NCBI GenBank assembly: GCA_963668675.2
Contig: CAXXMB010000002.1
Span: 640,001-704,000 of the forward strand
Origin: an uncultured Desulfatitalea sp.
GTDB taxonomy: Bacteria > Desulfobacterota > Desulfobacteria > Desulfobacterales > Desulfosarcinaceae
Direction: 5' to 3'
DNA length: 64,000 nucleotides
Shown: one piece after another, positions 33,431 through 42,610 of the stretch
How the letters are laid out: the number at the start of each line of letters is the position of its first letter
Numbering within the stretch: the stretch's first letter is position 1
Translations under genes and position numbers: made by a program
The notes under the pieces: generated by a model
What the model was told of the DNA's origin: nothing
What the model saw: only the letters and a program-made list of their open reading frames with translations
The model's database searches: none

Positions 33431-33496
33431 GATATGGTTGAATGTTTGTCAACAGAAAAAAGCAGACCTAGCCAAGTAAAATCGGGTAGTGCTTTT

Positions 33497-33697
33497 CATC
33501 GAGTAGTTGGGCAGAGGCGGGGTCATTCATAACGACGGTTGATCACTCTGATATTCGCGGGTTGGCTACCGCCTGACTTGGTTACGTCGTGGAGCTGCCT
33601 CGGTCTAACAGCGGGAGTTTGAGCCGCAAGGCCTATTCCCAGGGTTTGTACGAGGGTTCTCCGAACCGTGACCGCGCCCCCACCCAACTACTCGATG
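33497..33697 (-). ncRNA. Predicted bridge/seek RNA downstream of the IS110 recombinase
   Basis: 15-bp closing stem catcgagtagttggg/cccaactactcgatg; two stem-internal-loop domains whose loops match the target flanks and the IS end junction. Confidence 0.7.
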
Positions 33698-33869
33698 CTA
33701 TGTGCTATTTGATATAAATATCCTCTGATCCAAAAGAGCTATTTTGCAAATAGAGATGATGCCAATCATCTCATGCCAACCCCAAAGCCGGAGTCGATCT
33801 GGTTGTCAAGGGCGCCGCCAGGCGTTCATCTTGACCCTTGACAACCAGATCGGCGGAGGCTACCCGCAC

Positions 33870-34979
33870 CTATGCCGCCAAGGGGATACGCCTGGCAATG
33901 GCCCAGATAAAACCGGCCAGTTCACGGGCAATGGCGGTGACGACAACGTTGTGTCTTTTTCCTCTGGCGATCAATCTCCGGTAGCGGTGGCATAAACGCA
34001 GCTGCGCCTTCCAGGAGATATCGACAACATCATCGGGCATTGCTTCTTGCCGTTTGCGTATCGTTGCGCTTTTGCGGGCGGGCAACCGATACGCCTGTGC
34101 CGATTCGATCAGGGCCTTGCGCACATGGGTATTGCCGGTTTTGGTGATGCCGCCCTTTTTGACGCTATTGCCCGATGAATGCTCCGAGGGAACAAGACCC
34201 AAATAGGCCATCAACTGGGCCGGATTGTCAAAGCGGCTCAGATCGCCAAGTTCGGCAACGACCGTCACAGCGCTGATCAGCGACACGCCCCGGAGACACT
34301 GAAGGGCCTGGACAACAGGGCCAAGGCGCCAGCTGTGGCAAAAATATGCTATCTGCTCGTTGATGCGTCTTACCCGAGCCTCGGTACTTGCCATCGTATC
34401 CAGGTACTCGGTCAAGGCAATCTGCTGGGCCGGATGAGCCATTTTAATGTCCCTGAGCCAATTCAGATGCGCCTTGCACCATTTGGTTCTGCCCGGATAG
34501 ATGATTGCGTGGCGAAGCAAATAGGCATTGATCTGTTGCTTGACGGTGCGCAGCGCCTTTTGAATATCGCCACGGGCGCGAACCAGATCGCGAAGGGCTT
34601 CATCTTGCTCATCGGGCACATAAACGGCGGTAAGTTCTCCGGCTCGATGCAGCGTCGCCAGCTTTATGGCGTCTCTGCGATCATTTTTGACCCGAGCACC
34701 GCTTTTTTTAGGAATCAATGCCGGAGCGACCACAACACAATCGATCCCGTTGCTTTTTAAATGCCTGTAAAGCGGATACCCGCAGGGGCCGGCTTCATAG
34801 ACACAGCGCAACTGTGCGTTTTGCGAGATCAACTTTCGCATGACCTTGTCGATTTGATCAGGATCGTTGGCGATTTTGCCATATACCCGGACGTTGCCGC
34901 TGCGCCCCTCATCGGCAATGGCAATGGTGATCGAATCTTTGTGGACATCCAAACCAACATACTTTACTATCTTGTTCAT
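33870..34979 (-). CDS. IS110-family DEDD recombinase/transposase (369 aa)
   Basis: VGLDVHK, YEAG, KNDRRDA, YLGLVPSEHSSG, GGITKTGN, AIARELAG; AGGAGG RBS. Confidence 0.95.
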   Translation of the reverse strand: MNKIVKYVGLDVHKDSITIAIADEGRSGNVRVYGKIANDPDQIDKVMRKLISQNAQLRCVYEAGPCGYPLYRHLKSNGIDCVVVAPALIPKKSGARVKNDRRDAIKLATLHRAGELTAVYVPDEQDEALRDLVRARGDIQKALRTVKQQINAYLLRHAIIYPGRTKWCKAHLNWLRDIKMAHPAQQIALTEYLDTMASTEARVRRINEQIAYFCHSWRLGPVVQALQCLRGVSLISAVTVVAELGDLSRFDNPAQLMAYLGLVPSEHSSGNSVKKGGITKTGNTHVRKALIESAQAYRLPARKSATIRKRQEAMPDDVVDISWKAQLRLCHRYRRLIARGKRHNVVVTAIARELAGFIWAIARRIPLAA

Positions 34980-35103
34980 GGCCTGCCTCCTTGATTTTGG
35001 CTCTGTAGTGAGGGTTTTAAGTTGCACTTACTATAACCCACGTCTTCAAGGCTAGGCAGGCCTTTTTCTCACTGCGCTGTCTTATCCTTCAACCATATTG
35101 TCT

Positions 35104-35148
35104 AACAAACTCGACAAACTCAACGAACTCAACAAACTCAACGAACCC
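35104..35148. repeat. Remainder of the inverted 9-bp array (RACRAACTC x5)
   Basis: aacaaactc gacaaactc aacgaactc aacaaactc aacgaaccc. Confidence 0.9.
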
Positions 35149-37144
35149 CTTGATCCTGTCGGTAGAGCCGCGCATAGAGCCCGTCTGCCTCCAGCAACTG
35201 CTGGTGGGTGCCCTCTTCCAGCGTCCGCCCCTCGTGCAGCACCACGATTCGGTCGGCCTTTCGGGCAGTGGAGAGGCGATGGGCGACCACCACGCAGGTG
35301 CGCCCGGCAATCAGATTGTCCAGAGCGCTGTATATGGCGGCCTCGGTCTGGGAGTCGATATAGGAGGTGGCTTCATCCAAAAGGATGATCTGGGCATCGC
35401 GCGCCAGAGCGCGGGCGATGGTAATGAGCTGCCGCTCGCCGCTGGAGAGCTCGACGCCGCCCTTCTCCAGATGGGTGTATAGCCCCTGGCTCAGCTGCGC
35501 CACCAGCGCTTGGCAGTGGGCCGAGGCGATGATGCGCTCCACGGTCGCCTCGTCCACGCGCTCCGGGTCGGGAAAGATGTTCTGCCGTACGGTGGCGGAA
35601 AAGAGAACCGGCTCTTGAGTGACCAGCGCGGTGAGTCCCTTGAGACGGTCAGGCTCGTAAGCGCGCATATCCCTTCCGTTGACCCGAACCGAACCTGAAT
35701 CGGGATCGTAGAAGCGCTGGATCAGGTTGAGCAGACTGGTCTTGCCCGCTCCGGTGGGTCCGACCAGCGCAACAGTCTCTCCCCGGCGGATGTCGAGGCT
35801 CACATCGCGCAGAATCCATTCGCCCGGTGTGTAGGCGAAAGAGACGCGATCCAGCTCGAGATGTTCCAGCTCGACCGGAGCATCATCGGCCCCAGGTCCG
35901 GTCGGGGACCCTGAGCGGATCGCTTGCGGCAGGCGCTCGTCGACATCCAGAATTCCGAAGATCCGTTCGGCCGACGCCATGGCGTTCTGTAGCACATTGT
36001 AGTTTTCGGCCAGGTCCCTCATGGGGCGGAAAAACATCCGCATGTATGAGATGGCCAGCACCAGAACCCCCAGACTGATATGGCCGCCCAGCACCTGATG
36101 CCCGCCGAAGAGGATCAGCACGGCCACCGATACGATTCCCAATATTTCGATGGCGGGCATGAAGATGGCAAAGACATGGATCTCACGCATGCCCAGGCGC
36201 AGATTCTCCTCGTTGAGCCGTGAAAAACGCCTGTAGTTGCTCGTCTCCTGGGCAAAGCTCTGGATGGTGCGAATCCCCTCGATCGATTCGGCCATGCGGG
36301 TATTGATCTCGGCCACCTTCACCCGCAAGGCCCGGTAGACCTCCCGCGCACGTGATGAAAAGCGAAACGCCAGCCACACGACCAGCGGCAGAACCGCAAA
36401 GGCCACCAGCGTCAGTTGCCAGTCGATGATCAGCAGCACGATGGCGATGCCCATCAGCAGAAAGACATCCTTGAACACCATGGAGACAAAGGTGGTGAAC
36501 AGTTCGTGCATGTTCTGCACATCGTTGGTCGCCCGGGTCACCAGGCGCGCCACCGGCTGGCGCGCAAAGAAGGCCATGCTCTGCTGCTGGATGTGGCTGT
36601 AGAGCCGCATACGCAGATCGTGCATGATGGTGTGCCCGGCCCGCTCCATGATGACACGCTGGAAAAAAGTGATGCCGAATTCGACGACCACTAGGGCCAA
36701 AAAGAGGACAACCACCCAGCCCAATCCCTCGATGTCATCCCGCCGCAGGGTGGCAAGCTCTTTTTGGGACAGCCGATCGATCCCATCGTAGGCGATCCTG
36801 GCCTGCGCGCCGTCTGTCTCGAACAGATCGGGGTATCGGTCCACGATGGCGCGCACCGCGTCAGTCGAGAGGGTCACGGTAAGATAGCGCCGTCCATCCG
36901 CTTTGATGGAGCGTCCCGCAGCACCGCTCGCATCTGTGGCCGGGGGCACGATATAGCGGTCGATGGCGATCTTGCTGAAATAGGGAAGTGTCAGCTCGAC
37001 GAGCGTGAGCACCACCACCAGAACCACCGAGCCGATGAGCATGCGCCGGTGGGGGCGCACCAGTGGCCAGAGGCGCTTGAGCAGTGCCGGGTCGTATGGC
37101 TTTCCCGTGTGCCCTTCTTCCACATAGCCGTAGTCACCGCGCAT
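35138..37144 (-). CDS. ABC exporter permease/ATPase (MdlB/YheH-like)
   Basis: TMD plus GPTGAGKT, LSSGERQ, LLDEAT, AHRLST. Confidence 0.9.
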   Translation of the reverse strand: MRGDYGYVEEGHTGKPYDPALLKRLWPLVRPHRRMLIGSVVLVVVLTLVELTLPYFSKIAIDRYIVPPATDASGAAGRSIKADGRRYLTVTLSTDAVRAIVDRYPDLFETDGAQARIAYDGIDRLSQKELATLRRDDIEGLGWVVVLFLALVVVEFGITFFQRVIMERAGHTIMHDLRMRLYSHIQQQSMAFFARQPVARLVTRATNDVQNMHELFTTFVSMVFKDVFLLMGIAIVLLIIDWQLTLVAFAVLPLVVWLAFRFSSRAREVYRALRVKVAEINTRMAESIEGIRTIQSFAQETSNYRRFSRLNEENLRLGMREIHVFAIFMPAIEILGIVSVAVLILFGGHQVLGGHISLGVLVLAISYMRMFFRPMRDLAENYNVLQNAMASAERIFGILDVDERLPQAIRSGSPTGPGADDAPVELEHLELDRVSFAYTPGEWILRDVSLDIRRGETVALVGPTGAGKTSLLNLIQRFYDPDSGSVRVNGRDMRAYEPDRLKGLTALVTQEPVLFSATVRQNIFPDPERVDEATVERIIASAHCQALVAQLSQGLYTHLEKGGVELSSGERQLITIARALARDAQIILLDEATSYIDSQTEAAIYSALDNLIAGRTCVVVAHRLSTARKADRIVVLHEGRTLEEGTHQQLLEADGLYARLYRQDQGVR

Positions 37145-38873
37145 GTTCAAACTCCTGCAACGCATGGACCTTGGCGTAGTATCCGTTCCCGGCCGACAGC
37201 TCCTCGTGGGTGCCTGATTCGACCACGCGCCCCTGATCCAGGGTGATGATCTGATCCGCAAAGTGCACGGCCGAAAGCCGGTGGGAGGCGATCAGTATCG
37301 TCTTCTGCCCCGCCATGCGCCGGATGGCCGCCACGATGGTCGCCGCCGTGCGGGTGTCCACCTGGCTGATCGGGTCGTCCAAAAGCAGAAGAGGGGTATC
37401 GACGAGCATCGCCCGGGCCAGTGCGATGCGCTGCTTCTGCCCGCCGGAGATCAAAACCCCCTTCTCCCCCACCCGGGTCTCCAGCCCGGCTGGCAAGGCA
37501 GCCAGGGTCTCGGTCAACCCGGCATCGGCGACCGCTTGTTCGAAGCGGCTTTCGCACTGCCGCCCACAACCGAAGAGCAGATTCTCCCCCACTGTCCCGG
37601 CAAAAAGGAACGGCTCCTGGGGCACATAGGCCACCAGGCGCCTCAGGTCGGCCAGTTCGATACTTCGCAGATCCCGGCCGTCGAGGGTAATCTGGCCCCG
37701 TGTGGCGTCATACAGCCGCGGCACCAGGCTCAGCAGGGTGCTCTTGCCGCTGCCCGGCGGCCCCACGATACCCAGGACACTGCCCGCTGGGATATCGACC
37801 CGGATATCGGACAGAGCGGCCTGCCGCAGATCGTCACCATAGGCAAAGGTCACCTGCTCGAAGCAGAGCCGCCCTTCGGCCGTGGCCATGGGGAGCGCAT
37901 CGGGGGCGCTGGAAATCGCCGGCTGCTGCTCAAAAATGGTGTTCAACCGCTGGAGGGAGGCTCCCCCGCGCTGGATCAGGTTCGTCACCCAGCCCAAGGC
38001 CATCATCGGCCAGGAGAGCAGGCCAAGATAGCTGATGAAGGCCACGAAATCGCCGGGTGTGATCTCGTTGAGAATCGATTTGCGGCCTCCCAGGTAGAGC
38101 ACGATGGCAAGGCTCAGGTTGGTCAACAGCACCATCAGAGGGAAAAAGACGCCCGTCACACCGACCAGACGCATGTTCTGGGACACATAGGCCCTGGATA
38201 CCCCCTCGACCACCTGCAGGGCAGCCGCCTCCGCGTTGTGGGCCTTGATCATGCGGACACCGGCGCAGCGCTCACGAATCGCTTCGGTCAGATCGGAAAA
38301 TGCAGCCTGAACACCCTGGTAGCGTCGGTGCAACCGGCGCCCCAGCAGACGGGCACTGAGCACCACCAGGGGCATTGGGATAAGCACATAGAGGGTAAGC
38401 TCCACATGGATGTAGAGCATGAAACCGATGGCGGCCGCGCCGAGCACGATGGCGTCGTTGAGCGCCACGAGCCCCATGCCTGAGGCCATGCGCACCTGCT
38501 GAATGTCGTTGGTGGCGTGGGCCATCAGATCGCCGGTTTTGGTGCGATCGAAGAAGCTGGCCGACAAGGTTTGCAGATGCGCCAGAAGCCGGTCGCGCAA
38601 GGCGGCTTCCAGATGCCGGGCCGTTCCGAGAAGACACCTGCGCCATATGTAGCGAAAGACCCCGATCATCAGGGCCAGCGCTGCAATCGCGGCGGCGTAG
38701 CGCAGCAGCCGCTCCGTATCGGCCCGCAGCAGGGTGAGATCGTCCACGGTCCACTTGATCACCCGGGGGACCATGAGCTGCATGAAATCCACGGCAATGA
38801 GAGACGCCAGGCCCAGGGCAATGGTGCGCCAGTGTGTGATAAAGTAGGGTTTGATCAGGTCGCGTGGCTTCAT
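37134..38873 (-). CDS. ABC exporter permease/ATPase (MdlA/YheI-like, degenerate Walker B)
   Basis: TGDLMAHATND, GPPGSGKS, ISGGQKQR, LLDDP; overlaps partner gene. Confidence 0.9.
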   Translation of the reverse strand: MKPRDLIKPYFITHWRTIALGLASLIAVDFMQLMVPRVIKWTVDDLTLLRADTERLLRYAAAIAALALMIGVFRYIWRRCLLGTARHLEAALRDRLLAHLQTLSASFFDRTKTGDLMAHATNDIQQVRMASGMGLVALNDAIVLGAAAIGFMLYIHVELTLYVLIPMPLVVLSARLLGRRLHRRYQGVQAAFSDLTEAIRERCAGVRMIKAHNAEAAALQVVEGVSRAYVSQNMRLVGVTGVFFPLMVLLTNLSLAIVLYLGGRKSILNEITPGDFVAFISYLGLLSWPMMALGWVTNLIQRGGASLQRLNTIFEQQPAISSAPDALPMATAEGRLCFEQVTFAYGDDLRQAALSDIRVDIPAGSVLGIVGPPGSGKSTLLSLVPRLYDATRGQITLDGRDLRSIELADLRRLVAYVPQEPFLFAGTVGENLLFGCGRQCESRFEQAVADAGLTETLAALPAGLETRVGEKGVLISGGQKQRIALARAMLVDTPLLLLDDPISQVDTRTAATIVAAIRRMAGQKTILIASHRLSAVHFADQIITLDQGRVVESGTHEELSAGNGYYAKVHALQEFEHAR

Positions 38874-38885
38874 AAAATTTAGAAG

Positions 38886-39037
38886 GAGTTTAAAGTTTTA
38901 AGTGTAAAGTTTGAAGTTGCTGTATTCTGTCTATTTATCAGGACAGCCTGCTTTCCATGTATCAGACTGAAACAATTGCTCACATCATAATGGCAGAATA
39001 CCTTGACTTGAAACTTTACACTTCAGACTTTAAACTC
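38886..39037. repeat. Palindromic intergenic element with 7-bp-unit arms
   Basis: gagttta aagtttt aagtgta aagtttg ... aacttta cacttca gacttta aactc; inner gtattctg/cagaatac. Confidence 0.8.
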
Positions 39038-39207
39038 TGTTCCTTTTCCAGTTTTGTTCCGGTACCGCTCTCGATAAAAACACAGGTTGGTAAGATAAGG
39101 CGCAGTTCGCCCTCGGTCAACCTGTTGTTTTGGTTTATTTTTCGTGCATCGGCCGCCGATTGACTTTGCCCAGGCGGCTTGTTAAAAGGGGCCGAGAAAG
39201 GAAATCA

Positions 39208-41190
39208 ATGGAACCGGGTCAGGTGGTAGAATATATCGACAGCCAGAAGATCTTCTGTGCGGTGGTGCTGGAGGCCAAAAACCTCAGGCTGCGGCTGCTG
39301 ACCGAAAACAACCGGGAGGTGAAACTCTCCGCCGGCCGATTGGTTCACCGCTCCACGGAGCGTTTGGACACCTCCATGGGACGCGACAAGCTTGCCGGCA
39401 GCCTGAAGGAGATGGCCGAAGCGCGAAAAAGACTGAGCGCCACCATCGACATTCAAAGTTTATGGGAGGTGCTGCAGGGTGAAGCGGCGTCGATCGACCT
39501 GGCCACCATGACGGCCCTCTGCTTTCCGGAGCACGCCAACAGCGATCATGAATCGGCCGTGATCCGGGCTTTTTTCAACGATCGTCTCTACTTCAAGTTC
39601 AGCCCCGACCAGTTCTCCCCCTACTCGACGGCCAAAGTCGAACAGATCATCACCCAGCGGAAGAAGCAGAAAGAGGAGGTGCGTCTCGTCGAACAGGGCA
39701 GCGCCTGGCTCAAAGGCGTTCTCAAGGGTCCGGTGCCTGCGACGCCGCCCCCAACGGCGCAGGAGATCATACGCATTCTCTCATCGTACCACCTGTTCGA
39801 AAAGGAGAGTCCGGAACGCGACATCGGGCGTGCCATCCTCAAACGCGCGGGTGCCAGTTCGGTGGAGGTCATCTTCGACTTCCTCGTGAAAATCGGCGCC
39901 TGGCAGTCCGATGAGAACCTCGATCTGCTGCGCGAAGGGATCAGCGCCCCATTTCCGGAAACGGTCCATCAGCGCGCCGAAGTGCTTTGCAGCAGCCCGC
40001 CGGCAGCCACCGACAAGAGGCGGGACCTGCGCGACCTTCCATTGATCACCATCGACGGGCCGTCGACCCAGGACTTCGACGACGCCTTGAGCATCATCCC
40101 CCAAGGCGACCGATTCGTCATCGGCATCCACATCGCGGATGTGTGCCACCACCTGGCCAAGGACGATCCCATCGCCCGCGAGGCCATGAACCGCTGCAGC
40201 TCCATCTACATGCCCGACCAGAAGATCAGCATGCTGCCCGAGTCGCTCTCCCAAGGCATCTGCAGCCTCAAACGAGACGAGGATCGGCCGGCGATCAGCA
40301 CCCTCGTGACCCTATCGCCCGAGGCTGATATTGAGCATTTCGAAATCGTCCCCAGCCTGATCCGTGTCCAGCGGCAGCTCACTTATCAGGACGCGGACCT
40401 CCTGGCCGAAAGTGACCAAGAGATCCGGGCCCTGCACACCATCGCCCGCGCCTGCCGCAACCGGCGACTGGACGACGGCGCCCTGATCATCGAACTGCCC
40501 GAGATCGGCGTCCACATCGGCGCCGACCGTAAGCCAACCGTATCGCGCGTCGACCGTGAGAACCCGTCCAATCTGCTGGTGTCGGAACTGATGATCCTGG
40601 CCAACAGCCTGGCTGCCCGCCTGCTCAGTGAAAACGGGGTTCCGGCCATCTTCCGCTCCCAGGCCGAGCCCCGGGAGCGCCTCTTCGAACGCGACCAGGC
40701 CTCTCTCTTTCAATACTGGATGCAGCGTAAACAGATCAGCCGTTTCATTCTGGGCCACAGCGCCGAACCGCATTCGGGCTTAGGTGTCCCGGCCTATGTG
40801 ACCTGCACCTCTCCCATACGCAAATACTCCGACCTGATCACGCAACGACAGATACGGTCCGTTCTGGGCCTGGAAGAGGCCTATAGCGAAGCGCAGATCG
40901 ACCAGATCATCGCCGCCATGGCAGAGCCCATGGCCACCGTCGGCCGGATCCAGTACCGCCGCCATCGCTACTGGCTGCTCAAATACCTGGAGAGCCGCAT
41001 CGGCACCAAGGAGGAGGCCATCGTTCTTCACAAGCGGCGCGGCGGCTATAACATACTGCTGCCCCAATACCTGATCGAATGCCACCTCTCCGGCGCCGAA
41101 AACATCACCCTGAAGCCCGAAGACCTGACCCAGGTCACCCTGCAGCACGCGAATGCACGCAAAGACATTCTCAATGTATATTTAGGTTAA
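39208..41190 (+). CDS. RNB-domain (RNase II/R family) exoribonuclease
   Basis: TIDGPSTQDFDDALS, IHIADV, SELMILAN, TSPIRKYSDL. Confidence 0.9.
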   Translation: MEPGQVVEYIDSQKIFCAVVLEAKNLRLRLLTENNREVKLSAGRLVHRSTERLDTSMGRDKLAGSLKEMAEARKRLSATIDIQSLWEVLQGEAASIDLATMTALCFPEHANSDHESAVIRAFFNDRLYFKFSPDQFSPYSTAKVEQIITQRKKQKEEVRLVEQGSAWLKGVLKGPVPATPPPTAQEIIRILSSYHLFEKESPERDIGRAILKRAGASSVEVIFDFLVKIGAWQSDENLDLLREGISAPFPETVHQRAEVLCSSPPAATDKRRDLRDLPLITIDGPSTQDFDDALSIIPQGDRFVIGIHIADVCHHLAKDDPIAREAMNRCSSIYMPDQKISMLPESLSQGICSLKRDEDRPAISTLVTLSPEADIEHFEIVPSLIRVQRQLTYQDADLLAESDQEIRALHTIARACRNRRLDDGALIIELPEIGVHIGADRKPTVSRVDRENPSNLLVSELMILANSLAARLLSENGVPAIFRSQAEPRERLFERDQASLFQYWMQRKQISRFILGHSAEPHSGLGVPAYVTCTSPIRKYSDLITQRQIRSVLGLEEAYSEAQIDQIIAAMAEPMATVGRIQYRRHRYWLLKYLESRIGTKEEAIVLHKRRGGYNILLPQYLIECHLSGAENITLKPEDLTQVTLQHANARKDILNVYLG

Positions 41191-41192
41191 CA

Positions 41193-41331
41193 GGGTTCAA
41201 AGTGGAAAGTTTAAAGTTTAAAGTGAAGGTATTCTGTCTATTTGGATTGCAATAAGAGGGTGGCAGATCATGCCGCCTCTGAAATGGAGGAACTCCTTAA
41301 CTTTCCACTTTAAACTTTCCACCTTAAACTT
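41193..41331. repeat. Second palindromic element with 7-bp-unit arms
   Basis: aagtgga aagttta aagttta aagtgaa ... aactttc cacttta aactttc; shares gtattctgtctattt with the 38886 element. Confidence 0.8.
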
Positions 41332-41361
41332 CATCAACCCTTTGTCGCCCGATTTCAGGAA

Positions 41362-41784
41362 ATGCTAAAAATCAACGATACCCTCTCCATTCCACTCTCC
41401 GAAATCACCATCGATGCCATCCGGGCGCAAGGCGCCGGGGGACAGAATGTAAACAAAGTGGCTTCCGCCGTCCACCTGCGTTTCGACATCCCATCCTCCT
41501 CATTGCCCGAAAGCTACAAAACACGGCTGATGCAGCTCCAGGACCATCGCATCACACGCGAAGGGGTCATCATCATCAAGGCCCAGGAGCACCGCAGCCA
41601 GGACAAAAATCGAGCCGCTGCGCTGGAACGTCTTCAACATTTGATCCATAAAGCAACCATTGCGCCCAAAAAGAGAAGATCGACCCGCCCGAGCCTGAAA
41701 GCCAGACAGAAGCGCACCGATCGCAAGGTCAAAAGGGGGCGCACCAAAGCGTTGAGAGCCAAGATCAAGATCGACCGCACATAG
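41362..41784 (+). CDS. arfB: Ribosome rescue peptidyl-tRNA hydrolase ArfB
   Basis: GAGGQNVNKV, RSQ..NR and a basic C-terminal tail. Confidence 0.93.
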   Translation: MLKINDTLSIPLSEITIDAIRAQGAGGQNVNKVASAVHLRFDIPSSSLPESYKTRLMQLQDHRITREGVIIIKAQEHRSQDKNRAAALERLQHLIHKATIAPKKRRSTRPSLKARQKRTDRKVKRGRTKALRAKIKIDRT

Positions 41785-41942
41785 TGCACGAAATGGGCAT
41801 GGCCCGATTCCGAACCTACCATTTCACCACCATATTCCAGCTCTATTGCCACCATTGAAGTGGCGTCCACAAGACCTATTATCTCTGCAATATAAGAAAA
41901 TGCATCAAGTGATTACAGCATAACAAAAGAGGGGGAACTGCC

Positions 41943-42278
41943 ATGAAAAATAGATTGAGCGATCTGCTGGACCATATCGGAGAGAGCTGCAAAGCGGAAA
42001 TTGCGCCCAACGCGCGGCACTACAAGGAGGTGAGTGTCGGTCGCCTGGCACAGGAGATGGGATACCCTGAACTGTCTGAGCCATTCAAGAACGCTTATGC
42101 TGTCGTACCGCTCAAAGTACCCTCGGCGGGAATGAAAGTACGCATCGATGGCCGGACCTTTGTGAACTACCGCCGGCACGCCTCGGGCATTGCCATTCCC
42201 GGGTATGTGGCCCGGGCCACCGGCCGCCGCTACGAAAATTTCATCCCCAACGACAGCATGATCCTCAACTATTGCTGA
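41943..42278 (+). CDS. Hypothetical protein (111 aa)
   Basis: GAGGGG RBS and protein-like composition; no family recognised. Confidence 0.65.
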   Translation: MKNRLSDLLDHIGESCKAEIAPNARHYKEVSVGRLAQEMGYPELSEPFKNAYAVVPLKVPSAGMKVRIDGRTFVNYRRHASGIAIPGYVARATGRRYENFIPNDSMILNYC

Positions 42279-42610
42279 AATGCACACCACCCTATCCTCC
42301 CGGCCCTGGTGGTAACGATACCGCCAGGGGCCGCATGTAATCGGCAACTCGACATGCCCCGCCTGCCTCTGGCCAACATGGTCGAAATGGCTTGCTAACC
42401 GATTCCTAATATTTCTCTAGCACAGATCTAACCCAACGCTTGATATATGCGACCAGTTTGGTATGAAGGTTAGCGAACGGCTATTCACGAACCGTGGTCC
42501 CGCTCCAAAAGAGATTCCCCGGTTTGGCAAGCGGTGCTTGGGGAGCGGCCTACGGGAAAGAACTGTTTGCGGATTTACCGCATTTTACCCAATCCCCTTA
42601 AGGAGGAAAC

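Larger units (their letters stand above)
33431..35103 (-). mobile_element. IS110-family element of IS1111 type (1673 bp), no target-site duplication
   Basis: Sub-terminal 11-bp inverted repeats ATATGGTTGAA (33432-33442) and TTCAACCATAT (35088-35098); removing the element restores the 9-bp repeat phase. Confidence 0.85.

Noticed and set aside
33267..33452. 61-aa Q/T/N-rich ORF (and the similar ORF at 35098-35388)
   Set aside because: Translations of the repeat arrays that cross the IS boundary
33497..33697. 6S RNA or group II intron fragment
   Set aside because: Lies inside the IS inverted repeats and its loops match the IS ends and flanks; no domain V motif or RT gene seen
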